Source of the DNA: Candidatus Methylomirabilota bacterium
Lineage (GTDB): Bacteria; Methylomirabilota; Methylomirabilia; Rokubacteriales; CSP1-6
Reading direction: 5' to 3'
DNA length: 64,000 bases
NCBI GenBank assembly: GCA_035762565.1
Contig: DASTOJ010000206.1
Coordinates: 3,913-67,912 of the forward strand
The notes under the pieces: generated by a model
Databases searched by the model: none
What the model was told of the DNA's origin: nothing
The model's input: the letters and a program-made list of their open reading frames with translations, nothing else
Part shown: one piece after another, positions 1-9,102 of the stretch
Layout: every line of letters begins with the position of its first letter
Numbering within the stretch: position 1 is the stretch's first letter
Made by a program: the position numbers and the translations under genes

Positions 1-46
1 TCCGCTGCCGGCGGCCAGCGGACCGCTGCCGGAGGCGACGGCGCCG

Positions 47-2710
47 GTGCCGATCCAGCGCGACCTGTGGCCGCTGTTCGTCGTGGCGGCGGCGGCGCTC
101 CTGGCGCTGGAGGGCCTGCTCTACTGGCGGCGGCAGAGCGGCGGACGGATGGGACTGCCGGCGGGCGCCGGCGACCGGTGGGCGCTCGCACTGCGGGGCG
201 CGCTGGTCGTCATCCTCGCCCTCACGCTGCTGCGTCCCGCCCTGCCCCGGTGGGTGGACCGCCAGAACGTCGTGTTCCTGCTCGACCTGTCCGACAGCGT
301 GAGCCTGGCCGCCCGCGAGCGTGCCTACCGCTTCGTCGCCGACGCGGTGCAGGCCCTGAAGTCCGGTGACCGCCACGGCGTGATCGTCTTCGGCGAGCAG
401 GCGGTCGTCGACCAGCCGCTGTCGAACCGGGCCACGGTGGACCGGCCCAGGGCCGAGGTGGCCGGCCGTGGCACCAATATCCACCAGGCCATCCAGCTGG
501 CGCTCGCGACGCTGCCCCCGGGGCAGGCCAACCGGGTCGTGATGCTGACCGACGGGCGCCAGAACGCCGGCGCCGCGCTGGCCGGCGCCCAGGCGGCGAA
601 GAACGCCGGCGCCGACCTCTACTACGTCGCCGCGCCCCTGACCTTCACCCAGGAGGTCGTGGCCGAGTCGATGGTTCTCCCGCAGGAGGTCAAATACGGC
701 GAGCCGTTCCAGGCCAAGGTCGTGGCGTGGAGCCACCGCGAGACCCAGGGCCGCCTCTCGCTGTTCCGCAACGGCGAGTTCCTCGGCTCGCAGATCGTGC
801 GGCTCAGCGCCGGCAAGAACGTGTTCGCCTACCGCCAGTCGCTCGACCAGAGCGGGATCCACGTCTACCAGGCCGCCATCGAGGTCGAGGGCGACACCAT
901 CGAGGACAACAACCGCGCGGTGGGCACGGTGGTCGTCCGCGGCCGGCCTCAAGTGCTGCTGGCCGAGAAGGACCGCTCGCACGCCCAGTCGCTGGCGGCC
1001 GCCCTGCGCTCGCAGAACATCGACGTGACGGTGGTGGAGGCCGCCGCGATCCCGAAGGACATCGCGGGTCTCCAGAAATACGACGGCGTGGTTCTCTCGA
1101 ACGTGTCATCGCTGAAGCTCACGAAGCCGCAGATGGCGCAGATCCGCGATTACGTCCGCGACCACGGCGGCGGGCTCATGATGCTCGGGGGCGAGGAGAG
1201 CTTCGGTCTCGGCGGCTACTACCGCACCCCGATCGAGGAAGCGCTGCCCGTCACCATGGACGTCAAGCAGAAGGTGGAGATCCCGAGCCTGGCCGTGGTG
1301 CTCTCGATCGACCGCTCGGGCTCGATGGCGATGTCCACGGACGAGAAGATCACCAAGCTCGACCTCGCCAAGGAGGCCGGCCACCTCGTCGTGGACCTGC
1401 TCGACGAGCGCAACGAGATCGGCGTGATGTCCTGGGACACCGAGTTCATCTGGGACGCCACCGTGCGGCCGGCCCGCGACAAGGGCGCCATCCACCACTC
1501 GATCGCGACCATCAAGGCCGGCGGCGGCACCGACGGCTACCCCGCCCTCAAGGAATCGTACGCGGTCCTCTTCGAGCGTCCCGCCCTGCTCAAGCACGTG
1601 ATCTTCCTCTCGGACGGTCAGATGACCCGCGGCGATTTCCAGGGGCTGCTGCGCCGCATGGCCAAGGACAAGATCACCGTGTCCACGGTGGCGATCGGCA
1701 AGGACGCCGACGTCCAGCTCATGGTGGACGTGGCCAAGTGGGGTCGGGGCCGCTTCTACTACACGGAGGACTCCCAGACCATCCCCCGCATCTTCACGCT
1801 GGAGACGCAGCTCGCTTCCAAGGCCTCGCTCGTCGAGCAGCCGTTCAAGCCGCAGCTGACGGCGCCCTCCCACGAGGCGATGCAGGAGATCGACTGGAAG
1901 GCCGTCCCACCGCTCGGCGGCTACGTGGCCACCACGCTCAAACCCACCGCCGAGCTGGTGCTGATGAGCCACCAGGAGGATCCGGTCCTCGCCACCTGGC
2001 GGTTCGGGCTGGGCCGCGCCGCCGCCTTCACCTCCGACGCCAAGGCCAAGTGGGGCGTGCTGTGGCTGCGCTGGCGCGACTTCAACAAGTTCTGGGCGCA
2101 GATGACCCGATGGACCCTGCGGAGCGGCTCGCGCAGCGACACCACGGCCCGGGTGAACCGCACCGACCAGACCGGGGAAGTCGTGGTCGACGCCGTCGAC
2201 GGCAAGGGGGAGTTCATCAACTTCCTGGACTCCCAGGTCGGCGTGGTGGCGCCCAACCGGGAGCGCAATGTGGTCGACCTCGAGCAGATCGGCCCCGGCC
2301 GCTACCGCGGCCGCTTCCCGGCGCCGCAGGAGGGCGTGTACCTGGTCGGCATGGCTCAGCGCAAGGCCGACCGCGTGGTCGGCTCGCAACTGGCGGGGCT
2401 GGTGGTACCGTATGCTCAAGAGCTGCGCGACCTCGGCGTCGACGAGACCCTGCTTCGCGAGCTGGCCGAGCTCACGGGCGGCGGCGCCCTGGAGGATCCG
2501 CGCGACGCCTTTCTCAAGGGGCGTCGCCAGTCGCGCATCGCGGTCGACATCTGGCCGTGGCTCGTGGGGCTGGTCGCGTTCCTACTCATCCCGGACGTGG
2601 CGCTGCGGCGCCTCGGCCCGGGCGGCTTCAGCCGGCTCGGCGGGTGGCTGCTGCCGCTCCAGTGGCGACGCCGCCGCGAGGTCGCCGCGGGGACGGAGGA
2701 GGACACATGA
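47..2710 (+). CDS. VWA domain-containing membrane protein (BatA/BatB-like, two vWA modules)
   Basis: 887-aa ORF. It has two N-terminal hydrophobic helices (LWPLFVVAAAALLALEGLLYW; ALRGALVVILALTLL), MIDAS-like DxSxS motifs (LLDLSDSVS; SIDRSGSM) and a C-terminal TM helix (WPWLVGLVAFLLIP). The frame stays open to position 2, so the true start may lie upstream of the window. Confidence 0.75.
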   Translation: MPIQRDLWPLFVVAAAALLALEGLLYWRRQSGGRMGLPAGAGDRWALALRGALVVILALTLLRPALPRWVDRQNVVFLLDLSDSVSLAARERAYRFVADAVQALKSGDRHGVIVFGEQAVVDQPLSNRATVDRPRAEVAGRGTNIHQAIQLALATLPPGQANRVVMLTDGRQNAGAALAGAQAAKNAGADLYYVAAPLTFTQEVVAESMVLPQEVKYGEPFQAKVVAWSHRETQGRLSLFRNGEFLGSQIVRLSAGKNVFAYRQSLDQSGIHVYQAAIEVEGDTIEDNNRAVGTVVVRGRPQVLLAEKDRSHAQSLAAALRSQNIDVTVVEAAAIPKDIAGLQKYDGVVLSNVSSLKLTKPQMAQIRDYVRDHGGGLMMLGGEESFGLGGYYRTPIEEALPVTMDVKQKVEIPSLAVVLSIDRSGSMAMSTDEKITKLDLAKEAGHLVVDLLDERNEIGVMSWDTEFIWDATVRPARDKGAIHHSIATIKAGGGTDGYPALKESYAVLFERPALLKHVIFLSDGQMTRGDFQGLLRRMAKDKITVSTVAIGKDADVQLMVDVAKWGRGRFYYTEDSQTIPRIFTLETQLASKASLVEQPFKPQLTAPSHEAMQEIDWKAVPPLGGYVATTLKPTAELVLMSHQEDPVLATWRFGLGRAAAFTSDAKAKWGVLWLRWRDFNKFWAQMTRWTLRSGSRSDTTARVNRTDQTGEVVVDAVDGKGEFINFLDSQVGVVAPNRERNVVDLEQIGPGRYRGRFPAPQEGVYLVGMAQRKADRVVGSQLAGLVVPYAQELRDLGVDETLLRELAELTGGGALEDPRDAFLKGRRQSRIAVDIWPWLVGLVAFLLIPDVALRRLGPGGFSRLGGWLLPLQWRRRREVAAGTEEDT

Positions 2711-4059
2711 TACGTGGTGACGCCAGACGGTGCGCTCGATGGGCATTCGTGCTCGTGGCGCTGGCTCTGCTCGCGGAGGTCGCCGAGGCGGCCGTCAAGC
2801 CCCGGGTCGTGCTGATCGTGCCCTTCGACACCAACGCCCTCGAGCGCGACGAGCAGTGGCTGGGGCAGGGCATCGCGGAGATCATCGGCCTGGGCCTGGA
2901 CCAGCACCCGGCCTTCGTCCAGCTCGACGACGCCCGGGTGCGCGCGGTGGGCCGGCCGGAGGTGTGGGGCGAGGCGGTGGTGGCGCAGGCCGCCCGCGCG
3001 CTGCGCGCGGACGCGGCGCTGTACGGGCGGGTCGTCCGCAGCGGGACGGATCTCGCCGTCCAGCCGCGTCTGCTCGAGATCAAGGCTACCCCGACCGAGT
3101 CGGTCGCGCTGGAGCCGGTGGCCAGCCCGGCGGGCGAGCTGCTCGGACGCCTGGCGGCGCTGCCGGCCGCCTATGCCCGGACGCTGAAGGTGCGGCTCAC
3201 CGACGCCGAGGCCCGGCGGATCGAGAAGGCGGCCCAGCCGACGCGCTCCCTCAAGGCGTTCGAGCTGTTCTCCCGCGCCGGCATCGCGCTGGCGCAGCGG
3301 CCCGGGCAGGAGGGCAGCGAGCAGGCGGTGGACCTGCTGGCCCGCGCCATCGAGGTCGATCCCAACTTCGTCGTCGCCTACTTCGTGCAGGGAACCGTGC
3401 ACCAGGCGCTCGGCAACCGCTGGAAGGCCGCCGCCCAGTTCCGCGCCTCGACCCAGCTCGACGCGTCCTATCCCGAGCCGTACAAGGCGCTCGGCGACCT
3501 GCTCCTGGCCGCACCGCGCCGGCTGTTCGACCAGGCAGTGGAGTCCTACAACAAGGCGATCGAGCTGCGGCCGTTCTACGCCGACGCCTACGTCGGTCTC
3601 GGGGATGCCAAGGCGGCCAAGGGCGACGTGGACGGCGCCGTCGGCGCCTACACGAAGGCGCTGGCCTACAATGCCGTCAACCCCCGCGTGCACATGAGCC
3701 TGGGGAAGATCTACTACTCTGAGAAGGGTCTCTACTACGAGTCGGTCAGCGCCTACAAGAAGGCCATCGAGCTCGACCCCAACTCGGTCGAGGCCCGGAT
3801 GGGGCTGGGCGAGGTCTACGAGGACAAGGGTCTGTACAAGGAAGCCATCGAGGAGTACCGGCGCGTCATCGACCTCGACGGCAAGCACACCGGCGCCATG
3901 TACAACCTGGCCCTAGTCTACGAGAAGGTCGATCCGCGGGAGTCCATCACCCTGTGGGAGCGGTACATCGCCCTGGCCTCGCAGCTGCCGTCGGAGAAGG
4001 ACTGGGTGGACGTCGCCCGGCAGCATCTGAAGAAGCTCAAGAGCCAGATCAAGGACTGA
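2707..4059 (+). CDS. Secreted/periplasmic TPR-repeat protein
   Basis: The ATG at 2707 overlaps the upstream TGA (ATGA). N-terminus is signal-peptide-like (WAFVLVALALLAEVAEA). Repeated TPR consensus is present (YNKAIELRPFYADAYVGLG; YKKAIELDPNSVEARMGLG; YRRVIDLDGKHTGAMYNLA). The 1110-aa track ORF starting at 727 is an out-of-frame read through the VWA gene. Confidence 0.8.
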   Translation: MIRGDARRCARWAFVLVALALLAEVAEAAVKPRVVLIVPFDTNALERDEQWLGQGIAEIIGLGLDQHPAFVQLDDARVRAVGRPEVWGEAVVAQAARALRADAALYGRVVRSGTDLAVQPRLLEIKATPTESVALEPVASPAGELLGRLAALPAAYARTLKVRLTDAEARRIEKAAQPTRSLKAFELFSRAGIALAQRPGQEGSEQAVDLLARAIEVDPNFVVAYFVQGTVHQALGNRWKAAAQFRASTQLDASYPEPYKALGDLLLAAPRRLFDQAVESYNKAIELRPFYADAYVGLGDAKAAKGDVDGAVGAYTKALAYNAVNPRVHMSLGKIYYSEKGLYYESVSAYKKAIELDPNSVEARMGLGEVYEDKGLYKEAIEEYRRVIDLDGKHTGAMYNLALVYEKVDPRESITLWERYIALASQLPSEKDWVDVARQHLKKLKSQIKD

Positions 4060-4144
4060 CGCCCGGCTCAAAATCCTCCGCGATCGTCGGAGCCGCCGGT
4101 ACGATGGAAGAGCGGCGGCTGTTCCCGCGCCGCCGGAGGGCCCA

Positions 4145-5134
4145 GTGGACGAACTGCGCAAGGATCCGACCCGCGGTCAGTGGGTTCTCATCCGGCCCAA
4201 GGCCGAGGTGTCCGTCGACGGCCCGTGTCCGTACTGCCCGGGCGCCGAGGGCCTGTCGGGCGGCGAGATCGCCGCCTACCGCAAGGAGGGCTCACCTGCC
4301 AACAGCCCCGACTGGATGGTGCGGGTGGTGCCCGAGTCCAACGCCTACTTCCGCATCGAGTGGGAGCTGGTCCGCGAGGGCGTGGGCATGTTCGACATGA
4401 TCACGCCCCGCGGGGCGAGCGAGCTCATCATCGAGTCACCGCGCCACGATGACACGCCCGCCACGATGCCGCTGCCCCAGATGGAGGCGGTGCTGTGGAT
4501 GTACCGCGACCGCCTGCTCGACCTCAAGCGCGACTCGCAGATCCGCGACATCCTGATCTCGCGCCGCCACCGCAAGCCCGGCGTGGCTGCCCACCACCCC
4601 TACTCTCGGGTGACCGCCATCCCGATCGTCTTCGACGAGACCCGGCGCGAGCTGCGGGAGGCGCGTGAGTACTACCAGTACAAGCGCCGGTGTCTGAACT
4701 GCGACATCCTGCGCCAGGAGATCGCCGCCGAGGAGCGGATCGTGAAGCTGACGCCGCGCTTCGCCGCGCTGGTGCCCTACGCACCGCGCGGTCCGCTCGA
4801 GCTGTGGATCGTCCCCCGCCAGCACGGCTGCTCCTACGAGGACTCGCTGACCGCCGAGTCGGCCGGCGACCTGGCGCGCCTGCTGTCCGAGGGCTTCGGG
4901 GCGGTGGCGCGCGCCTTCGGCGATCCCGGCTACGAGATGGCGCTGCACACGGCGCCCAACCTCCGCTCGCGGATCCTGCAGGGCGACTGGGCGACGATCC
5001 GGGACGACTACCACTGGCACATCGAGATCCTGGCCGAGCCCGAGCGGGTCAACCGTCTGGGTGGGATCTTCATCAACGAGACGGCGCCCGAGACCACCGC
5101 GGCGGAGCTACGGGAAGCGTGGGTGGCTCGCTGA
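4145..5134 (+). CDS. Galactose-1-phosphate uridylyltransferase family protein (GalT-like HIT-superfamily nucleotidyltransferase)
   Basis: N-terminal DELRKDPTRGQWVLI...CPYCPG zinc motif and C-terminal YHWHIEI His motif, both typical of the GalT / ADP-glucose phosphorylase family. GTG start. Confidence 0.75.
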   Translation: MDELRKDPTRGQWVLIRPKAEVSVDGPCPYCPGAEGLSGGEIAAYRKEGSPANSPDWMVRVVPESNAYFRIEWELVREGVGMFDMITPRGASELIIESPRHDDTPATMPLPQMEAVLWMYRDRLLDLKRDSQIRDILISRRHRKPGVAAHHPYSRVTAIPIVFDETRRELREAREYYQYKRRCLNCDILRQEIAAEERIVKLTPRFAALVPYAPRGPLELWIVPRQHGCSYEDSLTAESAGDLARLLSEGFGAVARAFGDPGYEMALHTAPNLRSRILQGDWATIRDDYHWHIEILAEPERVNRLGGIFINETAPETTAAELREAWVAR

Positions 5135-5194
5135 GGGTCAGCCCCCCGCGGGGGCCGCGTTCGCCGATCACGCCGCCGCCGCGCTCGATTCCCG

Positions 5195-6457
5195 TCACGG
5201 ATACAGGCCGCGGACCCGGTAACCCTCCGCCACCCGGCGGACCCCTTCCATGAGCGCGGCCGTGCGAAGGTCCGTACCCTCCTTGCTGGCCAGCCCCCAC
5301 ACCCGGTTGAAGGCACGCGTCATGACCTCCTGCAGCCGGGCGGTGATCTCGCTCTCACGCCAGAAATAGTACTGCAGGCCCTGCACCCACTCGAAGTAGG
5401 AGACGACCACGCCGCCGGCGTTGGCCAGGATGTCGGGGATCACGGTCACGCCGTGGTCGCGCAGGATCACGTCGGCCTCGGGAGTGGTGGGGCCGTTGGC
5501 GCCCTCGGCCACGATCGTGGCCTTGATCCGGTCGGCGTTGTCGGCGCGGATCACCGAGCCGACCGCGGCCGGGATCAGCACGTCGCACGGCAGGGTGAGG
5601 ATGTCGGCGTTGGACACGGGCTCGGCGCCCGGAAAGCCGGTGACGCCGCCGGCCTCCGCCACGTGCGCCTCCAGCTGGCGCATGTCGATCCCGCCGGGAT
5701 TCCAGATCCCGCCCTTGACGTCGCTGACGGCCGCGACCAGGCAGCCCTCGCGCCAGAGCAGCCGTGCCGCGACCGAGCCCACGTTGCCGAAGCCCTGCAC
5801 GACGACCTGCTTGCCCCGCAGCTCCTGGCCCAGGCGGCGCGCGGCCTGATAGAGCGCGTAGACGATGCCCCGGCCGGTGGCCTCGCGGCGACCGGCCGAG
5901 CCACCGATGATGAGCGGCTTGCCGGTGACGACCCCCGGGACCGTCCGGCCCTGGGTCATCGAGTAGGTGTCCATCATCCACGCCATCGTCTGCTCGTCGG
6001 TGCCCATGTCGGGAGCCGGGATGTCGAGGTCGGGGCCGATGAGCAGGATGATCTCCGCCGTGTACCGGCGGGTGAGGTTCTCGAGCTCCTGGCGCGAAAG
6101 CTTCCGGGGATCGCAGCGCACCCCGCCCTTGGCGCCGCCGTAGGGCAGGCTCATCAGGGCGCACTTCCAGGACATGAGCATGGCCAGGGCCGAGACCTCG
6201 CCCAGGCTGACGTCCGCGTCGTAGCGGAGACCACCCTTGGTGGGTCCCAGGACCGAGTTGTGGTGGACGCGATAGCCCGTGAAGACACCGGTCCTCCCGT
6301 CGTCCATCCGAACGGGGATGGAGACCACCAGCGCCCGGCGCGGGTGCCGCAGGCGCTCGTGGATCTCCTGCTCCAGCTTGAGACGCCCGGCGACCTGGTC
6401 GAGCTGGGCCAGGGCTGTCCGGAGCATCGGCGAGTCAAAGTCGGATTTGTCAGTCAT
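5195..6457 (-). CDS. gdh: Glutamate dehydrogenase (Glu/Leu/Phe/Val dehydrogenase family)
   Basis: Catalytic-Lys region PYGGAKGGVRCDP, Rossmann motif VVVQGFGNVGS, full-length family similarity. Start set at the ATG at 6457 (MTDKSDF); the track ORF extends to 6523. Confidence 0.9.
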   Translation of the reverse strand: MTDKSDFDSPMLRTALAQLDQVAGRLKLEQEIHERLRHPRRALVVSIPVRMDDGRTGVFTGYRVHHNSVLGPTKGGLRYDADVSLGEVSALAMLMSWKCALMSLPYGGAKGGVRCDPRKLSRQELENLTRRYTAEIILLIGPDLDIPAPDMGTDEQTMAWMMDTYSMTQGRTVPGVVTGKPLIIGGSAGRREATGRGIVYALYQAARRLGQELRGKQVVVQGFGNVGSVAARLLWREGCLVAAVSDVKGGIWNPGGIDMRQLEAHVAEAGGVTGFPGAEPVSNADILTLPCDVLIPAAVGSVIRADNADRIKATIVAEGANGPTTPEADVILRDHGVTVIPDILANAGGVVVSYFEWVQGLQYYFWRESEITARLQEVMTRAFNRVWGLASKEGTDLRTAALMEGVRRVAEGYRVRGLYP

Positions 6458-6470
6458 GAGAACCCTTTCG

Positions 6471-6499
6471 TTGACAACCGGCCGGTTGAGTGGCAGAAT
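6471..6499 (+). promoter_or_regulatory. Candidate sigma-70 promoter of the isc operon (TTGACA-17 nt-CAGAAT)
   Basis: Perfect -35 TTGACA at 6471-6476, a 17-nt spacer, then CAGAAT at 6494-6499, about 70 nt upstream of iscR. CGAC/GTCG dyads lie just downstream (6501-6535). Confidence 0.45.
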
Positions 6500-6570
6500 C
6501 CGACTGATTCGGTCGCCGATCAAATTCGTCGGCTAAGGCCTCGGGCGACCAGGTCGAAGAGAGGTAAGAA

Positions 6571-7002
6571 ATGCTTCGCTTCACCAAGCGTGCTGACTAC
6601 GGCCTGATGGCGATCCATTACATCGCCGTTCACGACGACCTGGGGGCCGTCAGCGCCAAGCGTATCGCGGAGGAGTTCTCGATTCCACAGGAGCTGATGG
6701 CCAAGATCCTCCAGCGGCTGGCCAAGGAACGGCTGATCGAGAGCCACAACGGGCCCAAAGGCGGCTACGTCCTGTCGCGGCGGCCGGCCGAGATCACCGT
6801 GGGCGAGGTGATCCGGGCGCTGGAGGGGCCGATCAACATCGTCTCGTGCCTGGAGGACGACGACTGTCCGCAGATGGAGCGCTGCAGCCTCCGGTTGCCG
6901 GTGAAGAAGATCCAGGCGGCGATCACGCAGATGCTGGACACGATGAGCCTGGCGGAGCTGACGAGCCAGGATGTGCCCGAACTCCTGACGATCAGCAAGT
7001 AG
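6571..7002 (+). CDS. iscR: Rrf2-family transcriptional regulator, IscR-like
   Basis: N-terminal MLRFTKRADYGLMAIHYIA winged-helix signature. Three-Cys cluster motif C-x5-C-x5-C (SCLEDDDCPQMERC). First gene of the isc operon. Confidence 0.85.
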   Translation: MLRFTKRADYGLMAIHYIAVHDDLGAVSAKRIAEEFSIPQELMAKILQRLAKERLIESHNGPKGGYVLSRRPAEITVGEVIRALEGPINIVSCLEDDDCPQMERCSLRLPVKKIQAAITQMLDTMSLAELTSQDVPELLTISK

Positions 7003-7018
7003 GGGGGCCCCGCGAGCG

Positions 7019-8245
7019 ATGGCGCTGAAGTTTCCGATCTTCATGGACGCGCAGTCGACCACGCCCTGCGACCCGCGGGTCGTCGAGGCGATGATCCCGT
7101 ACTTCACGGAGAAATTCGGTCACCCGGCCAGCCGTAACCATCCGTTCGGCTGGGAGGCCGAGGCGGCCGTCGACGCCGCGCGCGCGCGGCTGGCGCGTCT
7201 GATGGGCGCTCGAGACCCCAAGGAGCTGGTGTTCACCTCGGGGGGCACGGAGTCGATCAACCTGGCGCTCAAGGGCGTGGCCGAGATGTACCGCGAGAAG
7301 GGTACGCACATCGTCACCACGGTCATCGAGCAGCGGGCGGGGATCGACGTCGCCAAGCGCCTGGAGCGCCAGGGCTTCCAGGTGACGTATGTCCCCGTTC
7401 AGGCCGATGGCCTCGTCGACCCGGACGAGATCCGCAAGGCGATCACCGACAAGACCATCCTGATCTCGGTGATGCTCGCCAACAACGAGATCGGCACCAT
7501 CCAGGACGTGGCGGCGATCGGCAGGCTGGCCAAGGACAAAGGCGTTCTCTTCCACACCGATGCGACCCAGGCCCTCGGGAAGGTTCCCATCGACGTCGAG
7601 GCCATGGGCATCGATCTGCTGTCCTCCACCGCGCACCTGCTGTACGGCCCCAAGGGCGTGGGGGCGCTCTACGTGCGACGCAAGGGGCCGCGGGTGCGAC
7701 TGGCGCCGCTCTTCGACGGTGGCGGCCACGAGCGCGGCATGCGCTCCGGCACGCTGCCGGTGCCGCTGTGCGTGGGCTTCGGGCGGGCCTCCGAGCTCTG
7801 CCAGGAGAGCATGGCGGAGGAGAACGCGCGGCTGGCGAGGATGCGCGACCGGCTCCAGGACATGATCCTGGCGAGCGTGGACGAGGCGTTCCTCAACGGC
7901 CGGCCCGACCGGCGGCTGGCGGGGAACCTGAACATCTCGTTCGCCTACGTCGAGGGCGAGTCGGTGCTCATGGGCCTCAACCGGGAGACCGCCCTGTCAT
8001 CCGGCTCGGCCTGCACCTCGGCCACCCTGGAGCCGTCCTACGTGATCGCGGCCCTGGGGGCCAGCGCCGAGCTGGCCCACTCCTCGATCCGATTCAGCCT
8101 GCACCGGTTCAACACCGACGAAGAGGTGGAATACGTCGGCCAGCGCACGATCGAGGTCGTCAAGCGGCTGCGGGACATGTCGCCGCTCTACGAGCTGGCC
8201 AAGGAAGGCGTCGATCTGAAGTCGATCAAGTGGAAAGCCGAGTAA
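7019..8245 (+). CDS. iscS: IscS-like cysteine desulfurase homolog lacking the PLP-binding lysine (probable non-catalytic variant)
   Basis: Collinear with E. coli IscS along its length (GGGHERGMRSGTLPV, SSGSACTSATLEPSYV, AHSSIRFSL, C-terminal LYE..GVDL..I.W). However [12 protein letters not shown] is SSTAHLLYGPKG (CAC CTG CTG TAC at 7634-7645) and TEHKAV is IEQRAG. Confidence 0.85.
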   Translation: MALKFPIFMDAQSTTPCDPRVVEAMIPYFTEKFGHPASRNHPFGWEAEAAVDAARARLARLMGARDPKELVFTSGGTESINLALKGVAEMYREKGTHIVTTVIEQRAGIDVAKRLERQGFQVTYVPVQADGLVDPDEIRKAITDKTILISVMLANNEIGTIQDVAAIGRLAKDKGVLFHTDATQALGKVPIDVEAMGIDLLSSTAHLLYGPKGVGALYVRRKGPRVRLAPLFDGGGHERGMRSGTLPVPLCVGFGRASELCQESMAEENARLARMRDRLQDMILASVDEAFLNGRPDRRLAGNLNISFAYVEGESVLMGLNRETALSSGSACTSATLEPSYVIAALGASAELAHSSIRFSLHRFNTDEEVEYVGQRTIEVVKRLRDMSPLYELAKEGVDLKSIKWKAE

Positions 8246-8260
8246 GGGGGAGAGCCCGCG

Positions 8261-8671
8261 ATGGCATACAGCGACAAGGTGGTGGACCACTACAACAACC
8301 CGCGCAACGTGGGGTCCTTCGGCAAGGACGTCGCGGGCGTGGGCACGGGGTTGGTGGGGGCGCCGGAGTGCGGCGACGTCATGAAGCTGCAGATCAAGGT
8401 GAATCTCGAGACGGGCCTCATCGAGGACGCGAAGTTCAAGACCTTCGGGTGCGGCAGCGCCATCGCCTCCTCGAGCCTGGCCACCGAGTGGCTCAAGGGC
8501 AAGACGGTCGACGAGGCGGCCAAGATCAAGAACACCGACATCGTGAACGAGCTGAAGCTGCCGCCCGTGAAGATCCACTGCTCGGTGCTGGCCGAGGACG
8601 CCATCAAGGCGGCCCTGGCCGACTACAAGGAAAAGCACGCACCGGCCGAAGCCGGCGCGGCATCCAAATAG
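8261..8671 (+). CDS. iscU: Fe-S cluster assembly scaffold IscU
   Basis: YNNPRNVG, three ligand Cys (ECGD, FGCGSAIAS, IHCS) and the LPPVK HscA-binding motif. Confidence 0.95.
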   Translation: MAYSDKVVDHYNNPRNVGSFGKDVAGVGTGLVGAPECGDVMKLQIKVNLETGLIEDAKFKTFGCGSAIASSSLATEWLKGKTVDEAAKIKNTDIVNELKLPPVKIHCSVLAEDAIKAALADYKEKHAPAEAGAASK

Positions 8672-8690
8672 GACGAGGAGGAGAGGATCC

Positions 8691-9020
8691 ATGGCCGTCG
8701 CGCTGTCGGAGAACGCGAGCAAGCACGTGAAGCAGCTCAGGCAGGCCCAGAACCTGCCCGAGAACGTCTTCCTGCGCATGGGCGTGAAGGGCGGCGGGTG
8801 CTCGGGCATGAGCTACAGCCTCGAGTTCGACACCGAGCTGGGCCCGCACGACAAGGAGTTCGAGATCGACGGGGTCCGGGTGGTCGTCGACAAGAAGAGC
8901 TACCTCTACCTGAACGGCACCACGCTCGACTACGTGCAGCAGGGGCTGACGGGCGGCTTCACGTTCATCAACCCCCAGGCCAAGTCGAGCTGTGGCTGTG
9001 GGACCTCGTTTTCGGCGTAG
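8691..9020 (+). CDS. iscA: Iron-sulfur cluster insertion protein IscA/HesB family
   Basis: GGGCSGMSY and C-terminal CGCGTSF motifs. Confidence 0.9.
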   Translation: MAVALSENASKHVKQLRQAQNLPENVFLRMGVKGGGCSGMSYSLEFDTELGPHDKEFEIDGVRVVVDKKSYLYLNGTTLDYVQQGLTGGFTFINPQAKSSCGCGTSFSA

Positions 9021-9040
9021 CCGGGCCCGGCGCGCGCACC

Positions 9041-9070
9041 GAACGGGCCCGGTCGAGGGCCCGTTCGCAT
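9041..9070 (+). terminator. Hairpin plus short T-run between iscA and hscB (possible internal attenuator)
   Basis: GAACGGGCCC-GGTCGA-GGGCCCGTTC gives a 10-bp perfect stem, followed by GCATTTT. Confidence 0.4.
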
Positions 9071-9102
9071 TTTCGGCGGCCGGGCGAGCCTGAGGATGGC
9101 GA

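Noticed and set aside
1106-2419. Long antisense ORFs throughout the window, for example 1106-2419, 9765-10829, 13069-14292, 20494-22119, 28485-30377, 43382-44641, 55598-57085 and 59547-61658, all on the minus strand
   Set aside because: They lie opposite well-supported genes. Their translations are low-complexity Arg/Gly/Ala/Pro/Asp-rich with no recognisable motifs. Stop-poor antisense frames are expected at about 70% GC.
727-4059. 1110-aa ORF spanning most of the VWA gene and the TPR gene
   Set aside because: The first 660 codons are an Arg/Pro/Gly-rich out-of-frame read of the VWA gene, typical of high-GC DNA. Recognisable protein sequence (signal peptide, TPR repeats) begins only at the ATG at 2707, which overlaps the VWA stop.
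5135-5194. Short hairpin GCCCCC-CGC-GGGGGC between the convergent GalT-like and gdh genes, as a possible terminator
   Set aside because: It has only a 6-bp stem with a 3-nt loop and no T-run. That is too weak to call from sequence alone.
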